Assembly (NCBI GenBank): GCA_043819795.1 | Contig: JBDREN010000076.1 | Location: 1-16,492, forward strand | From: Elusimicrobiota bacterium | GTDB lineage: Bacteria; Elusimicrobiota; Elusimicrobia; UBA1565 | Direction of reading: 5' to 3' | Length of the DNA stretch: 16,492 nucleotides | Part shown: positions 1-8,217 of the stretch, one piece after another | Layout of the letters: each line of letters starts with the position of its first letter | How positions within the stretch are numbered: position 1 is the stretch's first letter | Notes under the pieces: generated by a model | Told to the model about the DNA's origin: nothing | Seen by the model: the letters and a program-made list of their open reading frames with translations, nothing else | The model's database searches: none | Translations under genes and position numbers: made by a program

Positions 1-719
1 GAGACGATCAGGGGACCGGGGCCGGATATGTCCGTGACGACCCGCTGCTCCGTGGAGCTCGGCCCTGTCCCGGTCGTGGGCCCGATGGCGATCGTGTCCC
101 CGACGGCCCATCCGGTCGCGCTGGAGGCGGATACCGTGAGGAACGTGCCGGCCGCGTCGATGTTCCCGAGCGCGAAGCCGTAGGGCGACTTCGTCGCTCC
201 CCGCGCCGTGAAATCACCGCCGTCCTGGACGATGAGGCCGTACTGCCCGGCCGTCCGGCCGTAGGCCAGGACGAGGTGGGCCGTGGTCCCGGCCGGGATG
301 GGGGACGCCTCGGTGCCCAGGTCCAGATGCCCACCGGGCTCGACTGTCACGTCGCCTCCGACGATCGTCAGGCTGCCGTGGGCCACGCGGCTGAAGGACA
401 GGGTGCCGTTGATCGTCGTGGTGCTGGCCGTCGCCGTTGTAATGTCCACGGAGACCGTGTGGCCCGCCGTGATCGTGACCGCGTCCCCGGCGGCGGGGAC
501 GACGCCGCCGGCCCAAGTGGCCGTGTGGGACCATAGCCCGCTCTCGGCGCTCGTGATCTGCGCCCGGGCGGGAGCCGACAAGACGCATGCGAACACGCCT
601 GCCAGAGCGAGGCGGGCCGATAATCGGGCGGCGATAGGGGACGCGGCGGAAAAAGCCCGGAGCAGAGAGCCTGCAAGCGGGATAAAAAGTCGTCGAGGCT
701 GGGCTAGAAGGTGGTCCAC
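1..719 (-). CDS. Secreted G8-domain surface protein, N-terminal part (3' end runs off the window)
   Basis: Manually translated; not in the ORF track because there is no stop in the window. The frame is open from GTG at 719 (in-frame TGA upstream at 747-749) to position 1: MDHLLAQPRRLFIPLAGSLLRAFSAASPIAARLSARLALAGVFACVLSAPARA|QITSAESGLWSHTATWAGGVVPAAGDAVTITAGHTVSVD...GGHLDLGTEASPIP...TGWAVGDTIAIGPT...EQRVVTDI. It has a signal peptide with an A-x-A site. The SGxWSxxxTWxGGxVPxxGDxVxIxxG and LxxGTxxxPI motifs are typical of G8 domains, and GWxVGDxIxI is typical of the region following G8. The start codon is uncertain. Confidence 0.8.
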   Translation of the reverse strand, partial: MDHLLAQPRRLFIPLAGSLLRAFSAASPIAARLSARLALAGVFACVLSAPARAQITSAESGLWSHTATWAGGVVPAAGDAVTITAGHTVSVDITTATASTTTINGTLSFSRVAHGSLTIVGGDVTVEPGGHLDLGTEASPIPAGTTAHLVLAYGRTAGQYGLIVQDGGDFTARGATKSPYGFALGNIDAAGTFLTVSASSATGWAVGDTIAIGPTTGTGPSSTEQRVVTDISGPGPLIV

Positions 720-941
720 ATCCGTCTCAGCGCAGGGCGCGTCAATTCACTCGGCAGCGATTCGCTTAATTGTAACAGGTAGACCGGAAAATAATGTTTC
801 CTGGTTGCGAAATTTGGGTGACCGGGCGCGGCATGCTCCAAGGCTTGAGCACGGGATAGCGAGAAGGAGAAAAACGTTCCGTTCTGCGGGTCTCGGCGCG
901 GTGCGGCGGGCATGAAAAATGGTTTTGGAATAAGGCGAATC

Positions 942-958
942 TACAGGCCCGTCCTGTA
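942..958. promoter_or_regulatory. Palindromic site TACAGG-N5-CCTGTA, candidate operator upstream of the G8 gene
   Basis: Perfect 6-bp inverted repeat lying immediately downstream (on the - strand) of the candidate promoter at 962-990. Confidence 0.35.
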
Positions 959-961
959 ATC

Positions 962-990
962 TATGTACCCCCGGAACCCCGGATTGTCAA
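962..990 (-). promoter_or_regulatory. Candidate sigma70-type promoter for the G8 gene
   Basis: The - strand reads TTGACA-N17-TACATA: perfect -35 and correct spacing, but an imperfect -10. Confidence 0.4.
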
Positions 991-1081
991 GAGGGCGCGT
1001 CGTCGGGAGAAATAGAGGCTCAGGCCGATCAGCACGGGAAAACGGGGTCTGCCCCCCAATTCAAGTAGCGGAGCACAGAGC

Positions 1082-1112
1082 AGGGGACCCGTGGATCGTC
1101 CGCGGGTCCCCT
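1082..1112. terminator. Strong hairpin downstream of pckG (possible terminator or 3' stabiliser)
   Basis: AGGGGACCCGTGGA-TCG-TCCGCGGGTCCCCT forms a 14-bp stem with one non-Watson-Crick pair, about 55 nt past the pckG stop. There is no clear U-tract. Confidence 0.5.
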
Positions 1113-1166
1113 TGGGTCCGGAGCTCGGGCCGGGGCTCGGCTTAGCAGTCCGTGGCAGGAGGTCGT

Positions 1167-2948
1167 CTAGGAGAGACGTTCCTTCAGGGCCGCGAGTTCG
1201 TCCTTCAGGCCCTGCGGCAGCCTGTCGCCGAACTTGGCGAAATGCTCCTCGATGGACCCGACCTCCTTGGTCCACTCGTCTTTGTCCACGCTCAGGAGGG
1301 TGTCCAGGTCCTCCGGCGGCATGTCGAGCCCCTTCAGGTCGAGGGCGTCCTTGGTGGGCAGGTACCCGATGGCCGTTTTGACCGCTTTGCCCGCTCCGTC
1401 GATCCGGCCGAAGGCCCATGCCAGGACCCGGCTGTTCTCGCCGAAGCCCGGCCACAGGAACCGGCCGTCGGGCGATTTCCCGAACCAGTTCACGTAGAAG
1501 ATCTTCGGCAGTTTCTCCGGATCGGCCTTCTCCCCGATCTTGAGCCAGTGGGCGAAGTAGTCCCCCATGTGGTAGCCGCAGAAGGGCAGCATGGCCATGG
1601 GGTCGCGCCGGAGCATGCCGACCTTCCCGGCGGCGGCGGCCGTCTTTTCGGAGGAGGCCGTGGCGCCCAAGAAGGTCCCGTGCCGCCAGTCGAACGCCTG
1701 GGTGGCCAGCGGGACGACGCTGGCGCGGCGGCCGCCGAAGAAGATGCCCGAGATCGGCACGCCCTTCGGGTCCTCCCATGCGGGATCGATCACGGGACAC
1801 TGTCCGGCCGGGGCCGTGAACCGCGCGTTGGGATGCGAGGCCACCTTGCCGCAGCCCGGGGTCCACTCCTCGCCGAGCCAGCTCGTGAGCTTGGGAGGAT
1901 TCTCCTCGGTCATGCCCTCCCACCACACGTCGCCGTCCGGGCTGAGGCCGGTGTTGGTGAAGATGGAGTTCTTGGTGAAGGAGAGCATGGCGTTGCGGTT
2001 GGAGTCCATGGAGGTGCCCGGCGCCACGCCGAAGAAGCCGTACTCGGGGTTGACGGCGTAGAGGCGGCCGTCCGAGCCGAACTTCATCCAGGCGATGTCG
2101 TCGCCCACGCACTTGACCTTCCAGCCCGGCAGCGTGGGGATCAGCATGGCCAGGTTGGTCTTCCCGCAGGCGCTCGGGAAGGCCGCCGCGAAGTACTTCG
2201 TCTCGCCTTCGGGGTTGGTGATGCCCAGGATGAGCATATGCTCCGCGAGCCACCCTTCGTCCCGGGCCATGGCCGACGCGATGCGCAGAGCGAAGCACTT
2301 CTTGCCGAGCAGCGCGTTGCCGCCGTATCCGCTCCCGTAGGACCAGATGGTGCGCTCCTCGGGGAAGTGGACGATGTACTTGTTGTCCGAGTCGCACGGC
2401 CACGCGACGTCCTTCTCGCCGGGCTCAAGCGGCGCGCCGATCGAGTGGAGACAGCGCACGAACCGGCCGTCGCCGAGCACGTCGAGCACCTTCTTGCCCA
2501 TGCGGGTCATGATGCGCATGTTGACGGCCACGTAGGGGGAGTCGGTCAGCTCCACGCCGATGTGGGCGACGTCGGAGCCGAGCGGGCCCATGCTGAAGGG
2601 GATGACGTACATGGTCCGGCCCTTCATGCAGCCGGCGTAGAACTTCTTCAGCGTCGCCTTCATCTCCTCCGGGTCGCACCAGTTGTTGGTCGGTCCGGCC
2701 TCCTCCTTCGTCTTGGCGCAGATGTAGGTCTGCTGCTCGACGCGGGCCACGTCCGCGGGGTCGGAGCGGCAGTAAAAGCTGTTCGGCCTCTTTTTCTCGT
2801 CGAGCTTGATGAACGTCCCGCTTTTGACCATCTCCGCGGTGAAGCGGTCGTACTCTTCTTGAGAGCCGTCGCACCAGTGGACGCCGTCCGGCCGGCACAT
2901 GGCTGCCATCTCTTTGACCCAATCGTGCAATTCCTTGTTCGTTGTCAT
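1167..2948 (-). CDS. pckG: Phosphoenolpyruvate carboxykinase (GTP)
   Basis: Contains the PEPCK-GTP signature [12 protein letters not shown] plus [35 protein letters not shown] and [12 protein letters not shown]. The true start is placed at ATG 2948 ([17 protein letters not shown] Shine-Dalgarno upstream), giving 593 aa rather than the 687-aa ORF-track version. Confidence 0.97.
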   Translation of the reverse strand: MTTNKELHDWVKEMAAMCRPDGVHWCDGSQEEYDRFTAEMVKSGTFIKLDEKKRPNSFYCRSDPADVARVEQQTYICAKTKEEAGPTNNWCDPEEMKATLKKFYAGCMKGRTMYVIPFSMGPLGSDVAHIGVELTDSPYVAVNMRIMTRMGKKVLDVLGDGRFVRCLHSIGAPLEPGEKDVAWPCDSDNKYIVHFPEERTIWSYGSGYGGNALLGKKCFALRIASAMARDEGWLAEHMLILGITNPEGETKYFAAAFPSACGKTNLAMLIPTLPGWKVKCVGDDIAWMKFGSDGRLYAVNPEYGFFGVAPGTSMDSNRNAMLSFTKNSIFTNTGLSPDGDVWWEGMTEENPPKLTSWLGEEWTPGCGKVASHPNARFTAPAGQCPVIDPAWEDPKGVPISGIFFGGRRASVVPLATQAFDWRHGTFLGATASSEKTAAAAGKVGMLRRDPMAMLPFCGYHMGDYFAHWLKIGEKADPEKLPKIFYVNWFGKSPDGRFLWPGFGENSRVLAWAFGRIDGAGKAVKTAIGYLPTKDALDLKGLDMPPEDLDTLLSVDKDEWTKEVGSIEEHFAKFGDRLPQGLKDELAALKERLS

Positions 2949-3247
2949 TGGTTTTGTCTCCCTCGTCCGTGGGGGGGCTTGGCGGGCCGCCCGAGTCGCG
3001 CCGACAGGATGCGGATACGAGATCGTGTGACGGCCCCATCTTACATTATCGCCCGCGGCCCCGTCACCCCGGACCCGGGAACCGTTCCGTTTCCCCCAGA
3101 AGGTCCCTCCTCCAGGCCGGGGCTGCGAGCAGTATCCCCGTCGGCGCCAGCCGGGTCCCGTCGATGTTTGGTGATGCAAAGGATCGGGGCATATGCGGAT
3201 CGAAGCGCCTCGCGCTCCATCGGGAGACAACTCCAGAAGGGCCGTTG

Positions 3248-3277
3248 AAAAGCCGCGGGTCTTTTAACCCGCGAGGC
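3248..3277 (-). terminator. Probable intrinsic terminator of the response regulator gene
   Basis: The - strand reads GCCTCGCGGGT-TAAAAG-ACCCGCGGC-TTTT: a GC stem-loop with a short U-tract about 47 nt downstream of the stop at 3324. Confidence 0.55.
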
Positions 3278-3323
3278 GAATTGCGCGCCCGCCCGGATAT
3301 CGCGATGTCTCCCGGAAAGGCCT

Positions 3324-3707
3324 TCACTGGGACGGCGGGGATGGATGCCCGAGAAGCTCCGTGATGGCCTTGCCCAGGGTCTCGAAATGCACCGGTTTCG
3401 GCAGGAAGCGGATCCTCGGTCCCGAGGGGACGAGCTTCTCCGCTTGATCGGGGGAGATGGAGGTGATGAAGATGACGGGGGTGGTCTTCGTGATTCCCGC
3501 CGACTCGAGGCTCTTGTAGGCGCTGGTCCCGTAGACCCCGGGCATCATGATGTCCATGATGATGAGATCGGGCTTCCATTCCTGCGCCTTGAGGGAGGCG
3601 CTGACGCCGTCGTTGACGGAGACGACCTGATGGTTGCGCGACTTCAGATAGTCCTCAAGGGCGGTCACGAGGTCGACGTCGTCGTCCGCGATCATGATGA
3701 GAGCCAT
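3324..3707 (-). CDS. Single-domain (CheY-like) response regulator receiver protein
   Basis: 127 aa with IMIADDD acidic pocket, PDLIIMDIMMPG phospho-Asp motif, VIFITS and FLPKP. A perfect AGGAGGT Shine-Dalgarno lies upstream. There is no output domain. Confidence 0.93.
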   Translation of the reverse strand: MALIMIADDDVDLVTALEDYLKSRNHQVVSVNDGVSASLKAQEWKPDLIIMDIMMPGVYGTSAYKSLESAGITKTTPVIFITSISPDQAEKLVPSGPRIRFLPKPVHFETLGKAITELLGHPSPPSQ

Positions 3708-3730
3708 GGCACCACCTCCTGTCCGCTAAG

Positions 3731-3759
3731 AGTATATCCAGGAAAGCCCGGCCTGTCCA
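3731..3759 (-). promoter_or_regulatory. Sigma70-type promoter of the response regulator
   Basis: The - strand reads TGGACA-N17-TATACT, followed by a short leader containing AGGAGGT. Confidence 0.65.
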
Positions 3760-3796
3760 TCGCGCGAATCGCGCCGCGTAAAATGTTGCCGAAGGG

Positions 3797-3825
3797 TTGA
3801 CACTTCGGCCCAGGGGTCATAATCT
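3797..3825 (+). promoter_or_regulatory. Sigma70-type promoter of the YfhO-like gene (near-leaderless)
   Basis: TTGACA-N17-TAATCT with ATG 3834 only 8 nt downstream and no Shine-Dalgarno. Confidence 0.6.
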
Positions 3826-3833
3826 ACCCCCGT

Positions 3834-6287
3834 ATGGGACGCAAGCGGCTCTCGTGGGCCTTTCCTTATCTGTTGCTGGCCGCCGTGCTTTGCGTCTTGT
3901 TCGGCGAGGCCCTCTTCCTAGGCAAGGGCGTCATGCCGGTGGACGGCATCCGGCTGTTCCCTCCCTGGAGGGACGTCCCTCCGGCGGCTCCGTCCAACTA
4001 TCTGCTCGTCGACCAGTTCCTGGCCTTCCTCCCGCTGCGCCACTTCCAGCACGCGCAGCTGTGGGAGGGCCGCCTGCCCCTGTGGAATCCTCTGTCGGCC
4101 TGCGGGGTCCCGTTCACGGCCGCGATCCAGACCGCCGCGCTCTATCCGCTCAACCTCCTGCTGGCGCCGCTCGATCCCGTGCGGGCGAGCGCCGTCGCGG
4201 CCTTCCTGAAGCTGCTCTTGGCGGGCGCCTTCATGATGCTCTATATGGGGGCCCTCCGGGCCGGCAGGGGCGCGGCCCTTCTCTCCGGCCTGGTCTTCAG
4301 CCTCTCCGGGTTCATGGTCGTGTGGCTGGGGCACCCGCACGTGAACTGCGCGCTTTGGCTGCCCCTGCTCCTGTACGCCGTGGAGGGTGGGCTCGAGGAC
4401 CCGCGCCGCTGGGCGCTGTTCGCCGCGGGCTACGCCTGCATGGTCCTGGGGGGGCATCCGCCCACCGTCATCCATATCACTCTGGGGGTCGCGGCCTACG
4501 CCTGCGTCCGGGCGGCGATGCGTCGCGGCCGTGCCGAGGCCGAGCGCGCTCCCGGCCGGGCGATCCTCTTGCTGGCGGCGGCCGTCGCGGCGGGCCTGCT
4601 CTTGGCCGCGCCGCAAGTCCTCCCGTATCTGGAGTACGTGCGTGAGGGCTCGACCACGGAGATCGCCGCCTCCCTGCGGCGGGGAGTCGATCACCTGTCG
4701 CCGAAGGGCTTGATACACTTCCTCTTGCCCTACCTGTCCGGAAGTCCGGCGGCGGGCTACGAGCGGCTCGGGCCGGTCTTCGGCTTGGACGCCGGGGACA
4801 ACTTCAACGAGCGGACCGGCTACGTCGGGGTGGTCCCGCTTCTGCTGGCTATGGCGGCCCTCTTTCTTAGGCGCCGCCGTGTCGTCCGGGTCCATGCGGC
4901 GGCCGTGCTCCTGTGCCTTTGCGTCGTCTACGGACTGCCTCCTTTGTCCGCCCTGCTCGGGATGGTCCCCATCCTGCAGTGGATGAGCCATACGCGGCTG
5001 CTGCTCTTCGTCTGCTTCTCGCTGGCGGTGATGGCCGGCTTCGGGCTGGAGGCGCTGGACAAGGCCGAGGCCGCGCCGCGGCTGAAGAAGATGGCGGCCG
5101 GGACGGCGGTCGCCGCGGCCGTCTGCCTCGCCGCGGGATGGATCGTCTTCCGCTCAGTGGGGGCGGGCTTGGACGGCTCGGAGAGGGCGTTCCTCCTCAT
5201 TCAGGGCTTCATGTTCCTGGCGGGCCTGGCGGCCGCGGCCGGTTCGGCGGCCTGGGCGGGCGCGGGCCGGAGAGGGGCCCGGGTCCTCTGCCTGCTTTGG
5301 ACCGCTTGCGACCTCCTATGGTTCGCGTACGGCTACAATCCGACGGCGGAGCGCGCGGAGTACTATCCCGAGCCGGCCTCGGTCGGGTTCGTCAAGCGCG
5401 ATCCGGGCGTGTTCCGGATCTTCGGCCTGGGAGACATCCTCCCTCCGAATACCGCCGCGGTCCACGGGCTGCAGGACGTCCGGGGAATGGATTTCTCGAC
5501 GGTCCGGCGTTACGAGGAGCTCATCACCGGCCGCGCAGGCGAGCTTTATTTTTTCTCCGCGTCGACGGCGCTACCGGCCAACTTGAGGCTGCTCAACGTT
5601 AAGTACGTGCTGGCTCCCAAGGCCTGGGCGCCTCCGGCGGAAGGGTTCGAACTCGTATTCGAGGGCAAGGTCGACGTCTACCGGTACGGCGCCGCTTCGC
5701 AGAGAGCCTTCGTGGTCTTCGAGCACGAGGTCGTTTTGGAGAGGACGGCGCTGTTGGCGCGCGCGCGCGCCGAGGGATTCGATCCTTCCGCCGTCGTGCT
5801 GCTCGAGGAGGAGCCGGAGCGGCCGCCGGACCGCGGCAGGGACGCCGTACCGGCCGCCCAAGCCTTTCCTGAGGGCGTCCGGCATGGCGCCCCTGCCGGG
5901 GTCGACGCCTTCCCCGGCTCCGCCGCGGCCGCGGTGCGGATAGTGGATTACCGTCCCGGCGAGGTCCTGCTGGAAGCCTACGCGCCCCGGCCGGGGTTTC
6001 TCGTGCTGCTCGACACGTATTTCCCGGGCTGGAAGGCCGCGGTGAACGGAAAGCCGGCGCGCATCCACCGGGCCGACTACGCGTTCCGGGCGGTCGTCCT
6101 GCCCGCGGGCACGTCATCGATCCGGTTCCGCTATCGCCCGGCTTCGTTCTGGATCGGTCTCGCGTTGGCGCTCGCCGCGGCTTTGGCCGTGGCGGCGGTA
6201 TTCCTCAAGGGATCTCGGTCAGCCGGCCGTAGTGGTTCGGGCGGCGGTGGGCGATCCGGTCCAGCTCGTATTCGCCCGGGACGTTGA
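3834..6287 (+). CDS. YfhO-family polytopic membrane protein (putative GT-C glycosyltransferase)
   Basis: 817 aa with many hydrophobic segments. It has the N-terminal GRLPLWNPLSACGVPF...LYPLNLL motif, GGHPP, YVGVVPL, and the C-terminal GFLVLLDTYFPGWKAAVNGKPARIHRADYAFRAVVLPAG...FRYRP plus a final TM helix, all typical of YfhO-like proteins. Confidence 0.85.
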   Translation: MGRKRLSWAFPYLLLAAVLCVLFGEALFLGKGVMPVDGIRLFPPWRDVPPAAPSNYLLVDQFLAFLPLRHFQHAQLWEGRLPLWNPLSACGVPFTAAIQTAALYPLNLLLAPLDPVRASAVAAFLKLLLAGAFMMLYMGALRAGRGAALLSGLVFSLSGFMVVWLGHPHVNCALWLPLLLYAVEGGLEDPRRWALFAAGYACMVLGGHPPTVIHITLGVAAYACVRAAMRRGRAEAERAPGRAILLLAAAVAAGLLLAAPQVLPYLEYVREGSTTEIAASLRRGVDHLSPKGLIHFLLPYLSGSPAAGYERLGPVFGLDAGDNFNERTGYVGVVPLLLAMAALFLRRRRVVRVHAAAVLLCLCVVYGLPPLSALLGMVPILQWMSHTRLLLFVCFSLAVMAGFGLEALDKAEAAPRLKKMAAGTAVAAAVCLAAGWIVFRSVGAGLDGSERAFLLIQGFMFLAGLAAAAGSAAWAGAGRRGARVLCLLWTACDLLWFAYGYNPTAERAEYYPEPASVGFVKRDPGVFRIFGLGDILPPNTAAVHGLQDVRGMDFSTVRRYEELITGRAGELYFFSASTALPANLRLLNVKYVLAPKAWAPPAEGFELVFEGKVDVYRYGAASQRAFVVFEHEVVLERTALLARARAEGFDPSAVVLLEEEPERPPDRGRDAVPAAQAFPEGVRHGAPAGVDAFPGSAAAAVRIVDYRPGEVLLEAYAPRPGFLVLLDTYFPGWKAAVNGKPARIHRADYAFRAVVLPAGTSSIRFRYRPASFWIGLALALAAALAVAAVFLKGSRSAGRSGSGGGGRSGPARIRPGR

Positions 6288-7026
6288 CGACGCGGTTGCG
6301 GTCCGCGGCGGCCATGTCGATCTCGGCGGTGATCAGGGCCTCCTCCCGGCCGGCCTCGGCCAGCAGCCGGCCGTCGAAATCGCAGATCTTGGACTCGCCC
6401 CGGAAACGGAACCCCGCCTCCTCCCCGACCCGGTTGCAGGACAGGAAATTCACGTGGTTCTCCTGGGCGCGCATCATGGGGGAGTGCCGGCACTGCACCT
6501 CCGCGGCCATGGGCCAGTTCGTGGGCAGGCAGATGAGCTGGGCGCCGCCGAGCTTCAAGGCGCGGGGCGCCTCAGGGAAGCTGCCGTCGTAGCAGATGAG
6601 CAGGCCGACGCGTCCGATGGGCGTCTTCAGGACCGGGAACCCGAGGTCTCCCGGCTTGACGAAGCGGTCCACGCCCAGCAGAGGAAGGTGCATCTTCCGG
6701 TACCACCCCACGAGCCCGTCCGGACCGACCAGGGCGGCCGTGTTGAACAGATCGTCGCCGCGTCGCTCCAATAGCCCCACGACGGCCCAGGCGTCCTCCC
6801 GCCGGCACGCCGCCGCGAGCCGGTTCGTCGAAGGGCCGGGCACCGCCTCGGCGAACCGCAGCGCCCGCTCCCTGGACTCGAAACCATATCCGGTCAGCGC
6901 GCATTCCGGAAAGACGACGAGCCGGGACCGCGCCTCGGCGAGTCCCTTGAGGATGCGGTCCAGATTCTCCGCGACTCTTCCCAAGCGGGGGTCCATCTGA
7001 ACCGCGGCGACGCGGATCTTGCCCAT
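6205..7026 (-). CDS. Carbon-nitrogen hydrolase (nitrilase/amidase superfamily)
   Basis: 273 aa with the Glu-Lys-Cys triad motifs VVFPECALTGY, YRKMHLP and LICYDGSFPE, plus RAQEN, NRVGEE and FRGESKI. Confidence 0.93.
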   Translation of the reverse strand: MGKIRVAAVQMDPRLGRVAENLDRILKGLAEARSRLVVFPECALTGYGFESRERALRFAEAVPGPSTNRLAAACRREDAWAVVGLLERRGDDLFNTAALVGPDGLVGWYRKMHLPLLGVDRFVKPGDLGFPVLKTPIGRVGLLICYDGSFPEAPRALKLGGAQLICLPTNWPMAAEVQCRHSPMMRAQENHVNFLSCNRVGEEAGFRFRGESKICDFDGRLLAEAGREEALITAEIDMAAADRNRVVNVPGEYELDRIAHRRPNHYGRLTEIP

Positions 7027-7036
7027 ATCGGGATCA

Positions 7037-7066
7037 AGAATACCGCATTCGGCGCGTCTCTGCCAA
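7037..7066 (-). promoter_or_regulatory. Candidate sigma70-type promoter of the C-N hydrolase (near-leaderless)
   Basis: The - strand reads TTGGCA-N18-TATTCT with the ATG 10 nt further on and no evident Shine-Dalgarno. Confidence 0.45.
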
Positions 7067-7278
7067 GGCTCGCGCAGGCCCCCTAAGTCCGGGCGCCGCC
7101 GTCCTCATCATCGGCGTTTGAACGAAATTTGATTTTTGGGAAGCATAATCCCACGGGTGTTTGAAGCCCGCTCACGCGCGCGTTCGGGGGCTTCATCCGG
7201 GCGGGGGGCTTGATTTGTGTTCCGCACCTTTGATAAATAGATTCTCGCGGTCGGCGTTCGAGCCGGCCGGGAAAAGAA

Positions 7279-8217
7279 ATGATCACCGTACGCGAGTTGA
7301 GCAAGCGCTTCGGAGCCACCGTGGCCGTCGATCGGATCTCCTTCGAGGTCGGGCGCGGGGAGGTGCTCGGCTTCCTGGGCCCGAACGGGGCGGGCAAGAC
7401 CACGACGCTCCGGATGCTGAGCGGGTACCTGCCTCCGACGGGCGGCACGGCCGAGCTCGGCGGCCGCGACGTGGTGGAGGCCGGCCTGGAGGTGCGCCGG
7501 CGCATCGGATACCTTCCGGAGAACAATCCCCTTTACGAGGAGATGGACGTCTGCGAGTACCTGGAGTGGACCGCCGAGATACGGGGCTTCTCGGGCCAGG
7601 CCCGCACGAACCGCATCCGCTCCGCGGTCGAGGCGTGCGGACTCGGCGAGGTGCTCGGCAGGCCCATCGGCCTGCTTTCCAAGGGCTACCGGCAGCGCGC
7701 GGGGCTGGCCGCCGCCATCCTGCACGACCCCGACATCCTGCTCCTGGACGAGCCGACCTCCGGCCTCGATCCCAACCAGGCCCGCGAGGTGCGGGACCTC
7801 ATCCTCAAGCTCAAAGAGGCGAAGACGGTCGTCCTGTCGACGCACATCCTGCCCGAGGTGCAGGCCTCCTGCGACCGGGTCGTCATCATCCACCGGGGCA
7901 GGATCGCGGCGTCCGGGACGCCCAAGGAGCTCAAGCGGGCCGCTTCCGGGCTCGGGCTCATCCATCTGTCGCTCAAGGCCTCGGATGTGGACTTGGCCTC
8001 AGCGCGGGAGACGCTGGAGACCGTCCCGGGCGTGGAGCGCTCCGACGCGAGCGAGGAGGACGGCGAGCTGCGCTTCAGTCTGACCTGCAGGCCGGAGGCG
8101 GGGGACCTGCGCGAGACCTTCTTCCGGATCGCGGTGGAGAAGAGCTGGACGCTCCTGCATCTCAACCGGGAGGAGGCCTCCCTGGAGCACGTCTTCCGGG
8201 AGCTGACGCTCAAATGA
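7279..8217 (+). CDS. ABC transporter ATP-binding protein (GldA-like, ABC-2 type)
   Basis: Walker A GPNGAGKTT, signature LSKGYRQR (characteristic of GldA-like ATPases), Walker B LLLDEPTSGLDP, H-loop STHILPEV, and C-terminal SLEHVFRELT. Confidence 0.95.
   Translation: MITVRELSKRFGATVAVDRISFEVGRGEVLGFLGPNGAGKTTTLRMLSGYLPPTGGTAELGGRDVVEAGLEVRRRIGYLPENNPLYEEMDVCEYLEWTAEIRGFSGQARTNRIRSAVEACGLGEVLGRPIGLLSKGYRQRAGLAAAILHDPDILLLDEPTSGLDPNQAREVRDLILKLKEAKTVVLSTHILPEVQASCDRVVIIHRGRIAASGTPKELKRAASGLGLIHLSLKASDVDLASARETLETVPGVERSDASEEDGELRFSLTCRPEAGDLRETFFRIAVEKSWTLLHLNREEASLEHVFRELTLK

Noticed and set aside
283..915. 210-aa + strand ORF and the other short ORFs in 8..913
   Set aside because: These are shadows of the real - strand G8-domain frame or of intergenic DNA.
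3026..3045. TGTGA...TTACA as a CRP site upstream of pckG
   Set aside because: The spacer is 10 nt rather than the 6 nt required for TGTGA-N6-TCACA.
2949..3230. 94-aa N-terminal extension of PEPCK in the ORF track
   Set aside because: The sequence is not PEPCK-like. A good Shine-Dalgarno precedes ATG 2948 and the resulting 593 aa is a typical length.
1152..3248. 698-aa + strand ORF, and the 480-aa - strand ORF 961..2403
   Set aside because: These are antisense or alternate-frame shadows of pckG caused by high-GC codon bias, with no recognisable motifs.
7161..8213. Apparent 591-aa fusion ORF 7161..8936
   Set aside because: The N-terminal part is an off-frame read of the ATPase gene. The permease starts at the ATGA overlap at 8214, so no frameshift is needed.
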